From contig DAIMMU010000001.1 in the NCBI GenBank assembly GCA_036720515.1, positions 1-56,632 on the forward strand: a stretch of 56,632 bases of DNA. The letters run 5' to 3'. The position numbers were made by a program, and so were the translations under genes. Positions 47,546-56,632 of this stretch are shown in pieces. Source of the DNA: Sedimentibacter sp. (GTDB lineage Bacteria; Bacillota; Clostridia; Tissierellales; Sedimentibacteraceae). Each line of letters opens with the position of its first letter. The first letter of the stretch is position 1. Under the pieces are notes generated by a model. The model did not search any database, was not told where the DNA came from, and was given only the letters and a program-made list of their open reading frames with translations.

Positions 47546-49039
47546 CTAAAAATCCCATTTATCCTTGTTAGTCTCCAACAGGCTCTTGTTTTTTTCAATA
47601 GACAAATTGTAACTTTGCCAATTATTCTCCATATAACGGTAATCACCATTTATATTTTTTAAATAATTTATCGTTTTGATTCTTGTCACGAACTGAACAT
47701 TATCGTCGGTGAGCCTTATTATTTGCGGCAGAGCATCATGTGACAAGGTCAATAAATAATCAATGTCAATATCTTCTGCCTGCCCGCTTAAATACATATC
47801 AATATTTCTTTTGGCAATTAATTCATCCATTTTTACAAGGTTCAATGTCAGATAAAACAAAAGTCCGATAGCAGCATATACGGCAAATATATTAAAATTG
47901 TGTTTTATAATATAAGCTAAGGTTGCCAATAAACCTCCCGCTTCAAATATTAAGAATATATAAACCAATACTCTCAATCTTGTAAATCCGTAGGCTCCGT
48001 CATAAAGGGACATTCTATAATACGAAGATACAAGCAATATACCCGTTATTACACAAAGATAAATAAGCATAAGCTTTGTACATATAGCCCATTTATTTTT
48101 ATCTCCGTATATTTTATCCCTGAGCAGATATGTGGTTAACAATATTAAGGCTATGTTTAAAACGCTTAGAAATATTAGCTCAAAGAATCCGCGCCTTGCA
48201 TATTCGGAATAGTTAAGGTTGTTTGGAAGAGTTCCTCCGGAAAACAAATATTTAAACTGTATTGCGATAAAAATCGAATAAACAATTAATATTGATACCA
48301 GCAGAATGTTAAAAACTATTACGTCTCCCTTTATTTTATATTCGGAATCAGATTTATCATTAATCACGCCTGCAAGCATACTTTCGTTATTTAAAACAGA
48401 ATATAAATGTCCGAATAAGTACAATCCCGCAAAAGAGCCTACTATTAATTTAAAAATATTAATAAAATCAAGCAAGCTTTTAAACCAATCGTTAAATATG
48501 ATAAAAGTATTGTGAAAAACCAAATCGGCAGAGGACAGCATCATGACAAGAAATATAACCGAAGGTATTGATATGGCAATACCTAACAATATCCTTTTCG
48601 TAAGAATGTTCTTTTCTTTATTATCGGATCTTTCTGCCAACCACTTAAACGGCACTATAAAATTCACAATAGGTTCGAAAATATTCACAATTGTTTTCAA
48701 AAAACCGTAAATATTTAATTTAACCAAATTCAACCTATTCTCAAGCAGCAAAAACATAACACTGTACAAAAATACAATCACTAAAAAATTTGTGGGCATC
48801 ATCATATAGTTTGCACTGATAAAGTTATTCAGAGATATAATAAAAATCGGGACTAACACCAATAATCCCTTTATATTAACAACACCCGTATCCTTGGCAA
48901 TTAAAAACAATACGAAAAATTGAATTATAAAAAATATGGGAGCACTGACTCCCGGATAATCGGTCAGTATCAAGTAAATAAAAGTTATGGCGGAAATAAT
49001 TCCGTAAAATGATATTTTTGATTTAATTTTTTGCTCCAT
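47546..49039 (-). CDS. DUF4153/DUF4173 membrane protein
   Basis: LSSADLVF, QFKYLF, YSEYARRGFFEL, RMSLY..AYGFTRLR; ATG 49039 after GGAGG. Confidence 0.85.
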   Translation of the reverse strand: MEQKIKSKISFYGIISAITFIYLILTDYPGVSAPIFFIIQFFVLFLIAKDTGVVNIKGLLVLVPIFIISLNNFISANYMMMPTNFLVIVFLYSVMFLLLENRLNLVKLNIYGFLKTIVNIFEPIVNFIVPFKWLAERSDNKEKNILTKRILLGIAISIPSVIFLVMMLSSADLVFHNTFIIFNDWFKSLLDFINIFKLIVGSFAGLYLFGHLYSVLNNESMLAGVINDKSDSEYKIKGDVIVFNILLVSILIVYSIFIAIQFKYLFSGGTLPNNLNYSEYARRGFFELIFLSVLNIALILLTTYLLRDKIYGDKNKWAICTKLMLIYLCVITGILLVSSYYRMSLYDGAYGFTRLRVLVYIFLIFEAGGLLATLAYIIKHNFNIFAVYAAIGLLFYLTLNLVKMDELIAKRNIDMYLSGQAEDIDIDYLLTLSHDALPQIIRLTDDNVQFVTRIKTINYLKNINGDYRYMENNWQSYNLSIEKNKSLLETNKDKWDF

Positions 49040-49247
49040 CTTTATCCTCCGCATATTCAATAATATCACCAGGCTGACAATCCAATGCCTTGCATATTTC
49101 ATCCAAAGTTGAGAGTCTTATTGCCTTTGCCTTGTTATTTTTCAATATTGACAGGTTAGCAGGCGTAATATTTATTTTTTCAGCTAACTCCATAAGACCT
49201 ATTTTTCTTTTAGCCATCATAACATCAAGCTGTATAATTATAGCCAT
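49023..49247 (-). CDS. YozG-like Cro/XRE HTH regulator
   Basis: MAIIIQLDVMMAKRK...ANLSILKNNKAKAIR..TL..IC..LDCQPGDI. Confidence 0.92.
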   Translation of the reverse strand: MAIIIQLDVMMAKRKIGLMELAEKINITPANLSILKNNKAKAIRLSTLDEICKALDCQPGDIIEYAEDKDGAKN

Positions 49248-49257
49248 GATACACCTC

Positions 49258-49710
49258 CTACACCGTCAAATCATTTTCATCTTTATAGTAAATAGATTGC
49301 TTGAATAAATCCTTTAATGTTAAGCATAAAAGACATCCGACAATAAATATAACAACAATAACGATTGTTGAAATTGTAGGCATAACAATCATTTTAACAA
49401 CAAAAATAAATGATACAACCAAACAAGTAACCGCTATTTTTCTAAGACACATTACATTGGCATGTATAAACGGATTACCTTCCATCAGAGTTCTGAAAAT
49501 TACCTTTAACTGCCAAAGAATATAAACACAAGAAATACCCGAAGCCAATAATATTGCTTTAATAAATAAAGCACTTGCCTCAGCTATACCAAAGTATCTA
49601 AACAACCATGGCGATGAAAAAGGAATCATAATGCAGCACAATATTGCCACATAAAACAAAATATCAACACAAATTTTGGTCATATAATGAACAATGCTTT
49701 TCTGATACAT
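49258..49710 (-). CDS. DUF2975 (YoaS-like) membrane protein
   Basis: GNPF..NV..L and C-terminal KDENDLTV; canonical partner of YozG. Confidence 0.85.
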   Translation of the reverse strand: MYQKSIVHYMTKICVDILFYVAILCCIMIPFSSPWLFRYFGIAEASALFIKAILLASGISCVYILWQLKVIFRTLMEGNPFIHANVMCLRKIAVTCLVVSFIFVVKMIVMPTISTIVIVVIFIVGCLLCLTLKDLFKQSIYYKDENDLTV

Positions 49711-49741
49711 AAACCCTCCAAATGATGATTATTTTACCTTT

Positions 49742-49804
49742 ATTATATCAGATATTTTCCTTATGTCAATAACTATTTATCGTTTTACGATAATTTATTA
49801 TCGT
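49742..49804 (-). promoter_or_regulatory. Promoter and palindromic operator of the DUF2975-YozG operon
   Basis: TTGACA-16-TATAAT with TG extension (49742-49769); TTATCGT-TTT-ACGATAA and ACGATAAT-TT-ATTATCGT palindromes (49777-49804). Confidence 0.7.
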
Positions 49805-49822
49805 AACGTCTTGCTGTAAAAT

Positions 49823-49865
49823 AATAAAAGGCATTATTTAAGTAAGCTGAATAATGCCTTTTATT
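49823..49865. terminator. Terminator downstream of adh
   Basis: AATAAAAGGCATTATT/AATAATGCCTTTTATT stem. Confidence 0.75.
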
Positions 49866-49974
49866 TATGTATTAAACATAAAAAGTTTAAACTCAATATT
49901 CATTATACCGCATCAAAAAAACGGTTCTTATTTAACTGATAATTATCAATCAAAAAGAACCGTCCCTGATTTGT

Positions 49975-51030
49975 TTAAATCATTACAACAGGCTTAATAA
50001 GATCTTTAGGTTTGTCCTTCATAAGCAACAATGATTCTTCCATGTGATCAAAACCATTGAATCTGTGTGTAAGCAACTTGCTTGTATCAAGTCTTCCCGT
50101 CTGAAGTAAGGTGCACAGCTTTTCCATGCGTAGTCTTCCGCCGGGCATCAAACCGCCGGCGATTATTTTGTGGCCCATGCCGCATCCCCACTCTACCCTT
50201 GGAATTTTTACATAGTCACCGGAACCAAGGTAGTTAACATTACCGATTCTTCCGCCCGGTTTAAGCATTTCAATTGCCTCAATAAATGTATCGACATTTC
50301 CGCCTGCTATAACCACGCGGTCAACACCTTTTCCGTGAGTTTTTTCCATAATTTGTTCTACTATACTTCCTTCACGGTAATTAATTATATCGGTAGCGCC
50401 ATACTCTCTTGCAACTTCGGTACATATTTTTCTTGAACCGACAGCATACAGATTTGAAGCGCCGCGCAGAGCCGCACCTGCAACTGCCATCAAACCAACA
50501 GGACCGATACCGATAACGCAAACATCATCGCCGAATTGAACATCAGCTAATTCCACACCATGAAAACCGGTAGGTACCATATCGCTCAGCATTACTGCCG
50601 CCGCTGCATCTACATCATCAGGCAATATTGCCATATTTGCATCAGCTTCATTTACATGGAAGAATTCTGCGAAAACACCGTCTTTAAAATTAGAAAACTT
50701 CCAGCCTGCCAGCATACCGTTAGAATGCATTGAATAACCGCCTTGAGAAGCAAGTGCACCCCAATCGGGTGTTATAGCCGGAATAATAACTTTATCGCCG
50801 GGTTTAAAATACTTAACAAGCGAGCCAACCTCAACAACTTCGCCGACTGCTTCGTGACCAAGAATCATATCGCTTCTTTCTCCGATTGCACCTTCCCAAA
50901 CAGTGTGAACATCTGAGGTGCATGGTGAAACCGCAATTGGTTTAACGATTGCATCCAACGGACCGCAAACCGGCTCAGCTTTTTCAATCCAACCTGTCTT
51001 ACCAATTCCTAACATTGCAAAACCTTTCAT
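49975..51030 (-). CDS. adh: Zn-dependent NADP(H) secondary alcohol (isopropanol) dehydrogenase
   Basis: 351 aa, MKGFAMLGIGK..., PCTSDVHT, GHEAVG, GIGPVG, VGSR, KPKDLIKPVV; closely resembles C. beijerinckii/T. brockii ADH. Confidence 0.9.
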   Translation of the reverse strand: MKGFAMLGIGKTGWIEKAEPVCGPLDAIVKPIAVSPCTSDVHTVWEGAIGERSDMILGHEAVGEVVEVGSLVKYFKPGDKVIIPAITPDWGALASQGGYSMHSNGMLAGWKFSNFKDGVFAEFFHVNEADANMAILPDDVDAAAAVMLSDMVPTGFHGVELADVQFGDDVCVIGIGPVGLMAVAGAALRGASNLYAVGSRKICTEVAREYGATDIINYREGSIVEQIMEKTHGKGVDRVVIAGGNVDTFIEAIEMLKPGGRIGNVNYLGSGDYVKIPRVEWGCGMGHKIIAGGLMPGGRLRMEKLCTLLQTGRLDTSKLLTHRFNGFDHMEESLLLMKDKPKDLIKPVVMI

Positions 51031-51094
51031 TTAAGCCTCCTAATAATAAATATTCTATATTCAAAGAGCTGTAAAGGCTTCTTGAATACGATAC

Positions 51095-51199
51095 ACTAAA
51101 ATAGGTATGTCAGCGTTTGCATATACCTATTTTAGTATACATTAAGGATTTAAAATTGTCAAATTTTTGTAATCTCTTAAGTTGCTTTTAAGTTGCTTT
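51095..51199 (-). promoter_or_regulatory. adh promoter with overlapping inverted repeat and upstream direct repeat
   Basis: TTGACA-17-TATACT (51134-51162); IR arms 51095-51110/51121-51136; TAAGTTGCTTT x2 (51178-51199). Confidence 0.6.
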
Positions 51200-51234
51200 T
51201 ATGTCTGTCAACACGCTAATCTGAATTGATACAC

Positions 51235-51280
51235 AAAAAATCCCGGCAACTGAATTATATTTCAGAATATTGGGATTTTG
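51235..51280 (-). terminator. Probable terminator after rnhB
   Basis: AAAATCCC..CTGAA/TTCAG..GGGATTTT stem with a T-run on the minus strand. Confidence 0.55.
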
Positions 51281-51320
51281 TTTAGTCAAATATTGATATA
51301 TTCTTCAGAAAATATAATAC

Positions 51321-51965
51321 CTAAAAAGAACCTTCCACAATTTTCAACTGTTCGTTTCGGTCCAATATTTTTTTAATAAATGTTTTTCTATGTATTTCAG
51401 TGGGACCGTATTCAAGTAATGCTTCAATATGTTCTTTGGTACCATATCCTTTATTTTTATCGAATTTATATTCAGGATATAATTTGCTTAGCTGCTCCAT
51501 CTGCCTGTCGCGCGTAACTTTCGCTACAATTGAAGCTGCAGCAATTCCATGACATTTTGCGTCCCCGTGAATTATATTGGACTGAGGTATGTCTGTGTCT
51601 AACTTTTCCGCATCTACAATTACATAATCCGGAACTATTTTGTTGCCTCCGTTGTCCTTAATATTTTCAATAGCTTGTACCATTGCAATCCTTGTTGCAT
51701 TTTTAATATTATATTCATCAACCTTTGCACAGTCCAATTCACCTATTCCGTATGCCAAGGCTGAATTTTTTATAATTTCAAATAATTCTTCCCTCTTTTT
51801 TGCCGACAGCTTTTTAGAATCATCGACGCCTTCTATCAGCAAACCTTTGGGCATAATAACTGCGCAAGTTACAACGCTGCCTGCAAGGCAGCCCCTTCCG
51901 ACTTCATCTATGCAGGCAATATAATTATATCCTTTGTCCCAAAGTTCCTGTTCAATTTTAAGCAT
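51321..51965 (-). CDS. rnhB: Ribonuclease HII
   Basis: IDEVGRG, DDSKKL, GDA..IAAASIVAKVTRD, NKGYGT; ATG 51965 after AAGGAG. Confidence 0.95.
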   Translation of the reverse strand: MLKIEQELWDKGYNYIACIDEVGRGCLAGSVVTCAVIMPKGLLIEGVDDSKKLSAKKREELFEIIKNSALAYGIGELDCAKVDEYNIKNATRIAMVQAIENIKDNGGNKIVPDYVIVDAEKLDTDIPQSNIIHGDAKCHGIAAASIVAKVTRDRQMEQLSKLYPEYKFDKNKGYGTKEHIEALLEYGPTEIHRKTFIKKILDRNEQLKIVEGSF

Positions 51966-51999
51966 AACAGTATTCTCCTTTATTAATGGGGGGCGTGGA

Positions 52000-52116
52000 G
52001 TTATGGCATCTCTGAGAAATGGGGTTAGGGCATCTCTCAGTCTCATTCACCAAAATATTTGCTCCCTTTGGTCGCATATTTTGGGAGTTCGTTGCGAATG
52101 GGGTTAGGGCATCTCT
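52000..52116. repeat. Short version of the modular hairpin element, flanked by 20-bp direct repeats
   Basis: AATGGGGTTAGGGCATCTCT at 52018-52037 and 52097-52116; the interior matches 55312-55359 and 55483-55494. Confidence 0.85.
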
Positions 52117-52946
52117 AAGGTTATGTTTCCTAATTTACCTGACCTGAAGTCGTTGAATAATAGTTTTGCCACCCTTAGGTAATCTATTTCCGTTTTGTTT
52201 ATTAAAAAGCCCTTTTTATAAGCTATGTTGTCTAAAATATCCAGAGATTTTTCTCCTGCCTCTATATTGTATCTTTCAAGAATGGCATTTTCTTTTCCCA
52301 TTTGCTGCATTCTTTCAACAAATTTCAGTGCGATTTCTTCCAATATCAGAACATCATCCTTTATAGCACCCGTAAAAGCAAGGTTTAAAGCACTTTTTTC
52401 ATCGTCAAATTTAGGCCACAGGATACCCGGAGTATCCAGTAAGTCAATGTTTCCCGCCAAATGTATCCATTGTTTGCCCTTTGTAACACCGGGTATGTTT
52501 CCCGTCCTTGTGCTTTTCTTTTTTGCCAATGAATTTATCAGCGTTGATTTGCCAACATTGGGTATTCCAACAATCATTGCTTTGATTGTTTTGTTCAATA
52601 AGCCCCGTTTTTTATATCTTTCAACAATTTCCTTCGTAGCATCCGCTATTGCATTATTCAGCTTTCGAAGCTCCTTGTTGTTTGTTGAATTGTAAAGAAC
52701 AACCGACCAGCCCATACTTTTATAGTAATCTTCCCATAATTTATTCATGTTAGGGTCTGATAAGTCGTATTTGTTCAATACTATAAGTCTTTTTTTATCC
52801 CTGAATAATATGTCAAAATCAGGATTTTTACTGCTGTAAGGAATTCTTGCGTCAACCACTTCAATTATTAAATTGACTAATTTAATATTTTCCTGAAGCA
52901 AATCCTTTGTTTTTTTCATATGCCCCGGATACCAATTTATATTCAT
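52104..52946 (-). CDS. rbgA: Ribosome biogenesis GTPase RbgA (YlqF)
   Basis: INWYPGHM, DARIP, NKYD, GIPNVGKS, PGVT, DTPGILWP. Confidence 0.96.
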   Translation of the reverse strand: MNINWYPGHMKKTKDLLQENIKLVNLIIEVVDARIPYSSKNPDFDILFRDKKRLIVLNKYDLSDPNMNKLWEDYYKSMGWSVVLYNSTNNKELRKLNNAIADATKEIVERYKKRGLLNKTIKAMIVGIPNVGKSTLINSLAKKKSTRTGNIPGVTKGKQWIHLAGNIDLLDTPGILWPKFDDEKSALNLAFTGAIKDDVLILEEIALKFVERMQQMGKENAILERYNIEAGEKSLDILDNIAYKKGFLINKTEIDYLRVAKLLFNDFRSGKLGNITLEMP

Positions 52947-52970
52947 ATATTACCTCCCTATGCCTTAAAG

Positions 52971-52996
52971 CAAAATTGAGGACATCCGCCCTCAAT
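52971..52996 (-). terminator. Terminator-like hairpin after rplS
   Basis: ATTGAGG-GCGGATGT-CCTCAAT-TTTG on the minus strand. Confidence 0.6.
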
Positions 52997-53000
52997 CATT

Positions 53001-53348
53001 TTAATAATTCCTTAATTCTTTAACTTTAGTTGCTTTACCTGTTCTTTCTCTTAAGTAGAACAATCTTGCGCGTCTTACTTTTCCTCTTCTTATAACTTCA
53101 ATTTTTTCAATCTTTGGTGAATGAATTGGGAATGTTCTTTCAACTCCGACTCCGTAAGAAATTTTTCTTACGGTAAAAGTTGCTCTGTTGCTTTCACCTT
53201 GTTTTTTAATTACGATACCTTCGAATACCTGAATTCTTTCTCTGTTGCCTTCCTTGATTTTAACATGTACTTTTATAGTATCTCCAACATTAAAAGGTGT
53301 TAATTCACTTTTAAGCTGTTCATTTTCTAATGATTTTATTAAGTCCAT
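53001..53348 (-). CDS. rplS: 50S ribosomal protein L19
   Basis: [23 protein letters not shown]...[12 protein letters not shown]. Confidence 0.98.
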   Translation of the reverse strand: MDLIKSLENEQLKSELTPFNVGDTIKVHVKIKEGNRERIQVFEGIVIKKQGESNRATFTVRKISYGVGVERTFPIHSPKIEKIEVIRRGKVRRARLFYLRERTGKATKVKELRNY

Positions 53349-53367
53349 TTGTATACCTCCCTTCGCT

Positions 53368-53402
53368 TAAGCGTTCTTGTTACCTGTACAGAGGACCGCC
53401 GT
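53368..53402 (-). ncRNA. L19 leader-like element
   Basis: GGCGGTCCTCTGTACAGGTAACAAGAACGCT between an extended -10 (TGCTATAAT, 53415-53423) and the rplS RBS; resembles the Firmicute L19 leader. Confidence 0.65.
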
Positions 53403-53446
53403 ATACTCTAAAGCATTATAGCATATCATAATAATGCATACAACAT

Positions 53447-54163
53447 TTATTTATACTTTTCAGCTAATTTGTTGTATTTTTCAATTATACTTTTGTCCTT
53501 TATCATGTCGGGACGTCTTCTTAAAGTTATTTCTATAGCTTTAAACAAACGCCATTCTTCTATATTTTTGTGATGACCGGATAATAATATTTCCGGTACC
53601 TTTAAACCCATGTAGCTTTCCGGTCTTGTGTATTGTGGAAATTCCAGCAAGTTAATGCTATGAGATTCTTCCTTGGAAGATTCATCAGAGCCCAGCACTC
53701 CGGGCAGCAATCTTCCCACTGCATCAATAATTGTCAGTGCAGGCAGTTCTCCGCTTGTTAAAACATAATCCCCCACAGATATTTCTTCATCGACGTATTT
53801 GTCGATAATTCTTTGGTCTATGCCTTCATAATGTCCCGGAATAAATATTATATGCTCTTTCCCGGATAGCTCTTTGGCTTTATTTTGATTGAATAAACTG
53901 CCTTTTGGTGATAAATAAACAATATATGAATTATGCTTTTTTATAGCGTCTAAAGCTCTAAACATTGGTTCAGGCCGCAGTAGCATGCCCGGACCCCCGC
54001 CATAAGGATAATCATCAACTTTTTTATGTTTATCTTCCGAATAATCCCTCAGATTTACATATTCTATTTCAAACAATTTGTTTTCAACAGCTCTGCCGAT
54101 GATTCCGTTTTTCGCGTAAACATCAATTAACTCCGGAAACAAAGTTATTATTTCAAATTTCAT
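53447..54163 (-). CDS. trmD: tRNA (guanine37-N1)-methyltransferase
   Basis: VDDYPYGGGPGM, LSPKG, GHYEGIDQR, SVGDYVLTSGE, PQYTRP. Confidence 0.97.
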   Translation of the reverse strand: MKFEIITLFPELIDVYAKNGIIGRAVENKLFEIEYVNLRDYSEDKHKKVDDYPYGGGPGMLLRPEPMFRALDAIKKHNSYIVYLSPKGSLFNQNKAKELSGKEHIIFIPGHYEGIDQRIIDKYVDEEISVGDYVLTSGELPALTIIDAVGRLLPGVLGSDESSKEESHSINLLEFPQYTRPESYMGLKVPEILLSGHHKNIEEWRLFKAIEITLRRRPDMIKDKSIIEKYNKLAEKYK

Positions 54164-54660
54164 TCAAGCAACCCTTCGATAACATTTATTATCATTTTCT
54201 TATCCTGAATATTGACTTTTTTGACAACATCCTTGATTGCAGGTATCAAATAGGATTTGTTGTTATTTTTTACTTCGTAAACATCGTTGGCTCCCGTTTG
54301 GTAAATTTCCGAAATTTTGCCTATATAATCACCGACTGTTGAATATACATCCATTCCCTCTAAATCAAATAAGTAATATGAATCTTCGGGAAGTTCTCTC
54401 AACTGATCTTCCAATATGGAAATATATGTGTCCTTGAATGTTTCAGCCGTCTCCATATCATCGATATTTTTCAGCTTTAAATAAACCATTCCTTTGCGGT
54501 ACCACACATCACTGATTATACGCTCTGTATTGTCCTTTTCGGTATATACATATTTCAGCTCATCAAATCTTTCCAAATCGTCCGTTATGGGCATGCATTT
54601 CACATAACCCTTCACTCCGTGGGTATTTACTATTTTGCCAACTTTTATATAATCCTTCAT
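54160..54660 (-). CDS. rimM: 16S rRNA processing protein RimM
   Basis: VGKIVNTHGVKG, YYLFDLEG, TGANDVY, LIPAI. Confidence 0.96.
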   Translation of the reverse strand: MKDYIKVGKIVNTHGVKGYVKCMPITDDLERFDELKYVYTEKDNTERIISDVWYRKGMVYLKLKNIDDMETAETFKDTYISILEDQLRELPEDSYYLFDLEGMDVYSTVGDYIGKISEIYQTGANDVYEVKNNNKSYLIPAIKDVVKKVNIQDKKMIINVIEGLLE

Positions 54661-54683
54661 TGTTACCTCAGTTTAGGGCATTA

Positions 54684-54914
54684 CTATTGAATAATTTCAA
54701 CTATAACTCTTTTGTTATCCTTTGTAGCAGCTGCTTTAACAACTGTCCTGATTGCTTTTGCAATTCTGCCTTGTTTACCGATTACTTTACCCATATCTTC
54801 AGGAGCTACTTTTAATTCAATTATCAGTGATTGGCTTCCTTCAACTTCATTGACTTTAACCATATCGGGATTGTCAACAAGTGATTTTGCTATATATTCT
54901 ACTAATTCACCCAT
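54684..54914 (-). CDS. khpA: KH-domain RNA-binding protein
   Basis: DMGKVIGKQGRIAKAIR; lies between rpsP and rimM. Confidence 0.95.
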   Translation of the reverse strand: MGELVEYIAKSLVDNPDMVKVNEVEGSQSLIIELKVAPEDMGKVIGKQGRIAKAIRTVVKAAATKDNKRVIVEIIQ

Positions 54915-54925
54915 GGTATCACCCC

Positions 54926-55189
54926 TTATTTGTTTTCATCTCTTTTTTCAAAGATGCCGTTATTCTTGAATAGCATGCTTACTGTATCTGTAGGTTTTGC
55001 ACCGTTATTCAGCCATTTAATTGCACTTTCATCATTGATTTTTACAACCTTTGGCTCAACTACAGGATTGTAATATCCGATTTCTTCAATGAAACGGCCG
55101 TCTCTTGGAGAACGTGAATCTGCTACTACTATTCTGTAAAAAGGTTTCTTTTTCGAACCCATTCTTTTTAATCTGATTTTTACTGACAT
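54926..55189 (-). CDS. rpsP: 30S ribosomal protein S16
   Basis: [35 protein letters not shown]. Confidence 0.98.
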   Translation of the reverse strand: MSVKIRLKRMGSKKKPFYRIVVADSRSPRDGRFIEEIGYYNPVVEPKVVKINDESAIKWLNNGAKPTDTVSMLFKNNGIFEKRDENK

Positions 55190-55310
55190 ATTGTCACCTC
55201 CTTTAAAATGTTTGGGGACACACCTCTACTGACAAGTTAGTCTATGAGGGTAGGGGAATGTTCCCGAATATGAATATATATGAAAAAGGAATATCCTATT
55301 TCTAACTAAT

Positions 55311-55548
55311 GCAGTCTCATTCACCAAAATATTTGCTCCTTACGTCGCATATTTTGGGAAGCGCAGTTTCGTTCACATATTTGCTAATTCGCTTTCGCTC
55401 ATGCAAATCTGGAACTCATCGCGTTTGACTTACCTTCAATTTCTTTCTCCTTATCAGTCGAAGAAATTGGGTCAAGTCATAATCGTTGCGAATGACCTAC
55501 CAACCATTTTTCAGAAAAAACACTCTGAAAAATGGGGTTAGGGCATCT
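55311..55548. repeat. Long version of the modular multi-hairpin element between ffh and rpsP
   Basis: Shares 28-, 16-, 12- and 18-nt exact blocks with 52010-52116 and carries additional hairpins. Confidence 0.82.
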
Positions 55549-56632
55549 TAAAACGGCATTTTGAACTTACCCAATCCTCCGAAGCCGCCTTTTTTCTTAC
55601 CCATTCCCATTGAAGAGAATTTTTTCATCATTTTTTTCATTTCTTCGTATTGCTTTAACAATGAATTGACTCTTTGAACAGATGTTCCGCTTCCCGCAGC
55701 AATTCTTTTTCTTCTGCTTCCGTTGATGACTGAAGGATTCATTCTTTCCTTCTTGGTCATGGACTGAATGATTGCTTCGGTATATACCAATTCCTTTTCA
55801 TCGACCTTAAGTCCCTTTAACTTTTTGTTTCCTCCAAGCCCGGGAACCATTTCCAATATTTCATCCAAAGGACCCATATTCTTCATCTGCTGAAGTTGTG
55901 TTAAGAAATCTTCTAAATTGAAGTCTTGAGTTTTTAACTTATTTTGAAGCTCTAATGCTTGTTTTTCGTCAAAAGCATCCTGCGCTTTTTCAATAATTGT
56001 AAGAACATCGCCCATTCCCAAAATTCTTGAAGCCATTCTGTCGGGATGAAATGTTTCAAGCTGATCCATCTTCTCGCCAACCGACAGGAATTTTATAGGC
56101 TTATCAACAACATTTCTTATGGAAAGAGCAGCTCCTCCTCTTGCATCACCATCAACCTTTGTAAGTATTACTCCCGTAATGTTTAAATAAGAGTTGAATG
56201 TTTCCGCTACCTTTACTGCATCCTGCCCTGTCATTGCATCCAATAACAACAATATTTCATCCGGTTTTACCGTTTCTTTAATCTTAACCAATTCATCCAT
56301 CAGGTCGTCATCAATGTGAAGACGTCCTGCAGTGTCGATGATTACCACGTCATTACCATGTTTCATGGCATGCTTAACAGCTTCCTTAACAATTGTTACT
56401 GGACTTATTTTGTCTCCCATTTCAAAAACAGGAACACCTACGCTGTCTCCAACTACCTGCAATTGCTTGATTGCTGCCGGTCTGTATATGTCGCAAGCCA
56501 CCAATAAAGGTCTCTTGCCGTCTTTTTTAAGTTTTTTTGCAAGCTTCCCTGTTGCGGTTGTTTTACCTGCACCCTGGAGTCCGCACATCATAAAATATGT
56601 TATGTCGTTTGAATTAAACTTAAGCTTGCTTT
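55548..56632 (-). CDS. ffh: Signal recognition particle protein Ffh (5' part outside the window)
   Basis: [50 protein letters not shown], Met-rich M domain. Confidence 0.97.
   Translation of the reverse strand, partial: SKLKFNSNDITYFMMCGLQGAGKTTATGKLAKKLKKDGKRPLLVACDIYRPAAIKQLQVVGDSVGVPVFEMGDKISPVTIVKEAVKHAMKHGNDVVIIDTAGRLHIDDDLMDELVKIKETVKPDEILLLLDAMTGQDAVKVAETFNSYLNITGVILTKVDGDARGGAALSIRNVVDKPIKFLSVGEKMDQLETFHPDRMASRILGMGDVLTIIEKAQDAFDEKQALELQNKLKTQDFNLEDFLTQLQQMKNMGPLDEILEMVPGLGGNKKLKGLKVDEKELVYTEAIIQSMTKKERMNPSVINGSRRKRIAAGSGTSVQRVNSLLKQYEEMKKMMKKFSSMGMGKKKGGFGGLGKFKMPF

Noticed and set aside
51966..52046. N-terminal extension of the rnhB ORF (MRLRDALTPFLRDAITPRPP)
   Set aside because: It is a chance reading of the intergenic repeat; the true start with an RBS is at 51965
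52018..52116. Possible one-spacer CRISPR
   Set aside because: The 'spacer' is itself a repeated hairpin also found at 55312, and one repeat overlaps rbgA

Overview
Low-GC Firmicute chromosomal segment (Clostridia/Tissierellia-like; the taxon is an inference), with most genes on the minus strand. Both ends carry core housekeeping clusters: mtaB-hinT-rpsU-yqeY on the left and ffh-rpsP-khpA-rimM-trmD-rplS-rbgA-rnhB on the right. Between them are yraN with a DUF853 ATPase, a deoC + BMP/ABC nucleoside uptake operon, addBA, a repeat-rich S-layer-homology protein with an ECF-type promoter, two MATE pumps, a SAM-I-controlled metF/split-metH operon, a luxE/luxC-like pair without luciferase, a 5'-truncated flavocytochrome c, a selenocysteine-containing selD (UGA at codon 17), a stand-alone E2-like acyltransferase, an amidohydrolase, sbcDC, PadR and YozG regulatory modules, and an NADP-type secondary alcohol dehydrogenase. 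No transposase, integrase, CRISPR array, tRNA or rRNA was seen. The most unusual signals are non-coding. First, a dispersed REP-like element (core AAGGTCCGTCCCC) sits at gene 3' ends and supplies the C-termini of two proteins. Second, a modular hairpin repeat occurs in a short and a long version inside the ffh-rnhB operon. Third, a Na+-riboswitch-like structure has no downstream gene. All product calls come from motif and family recognition, not database searches.
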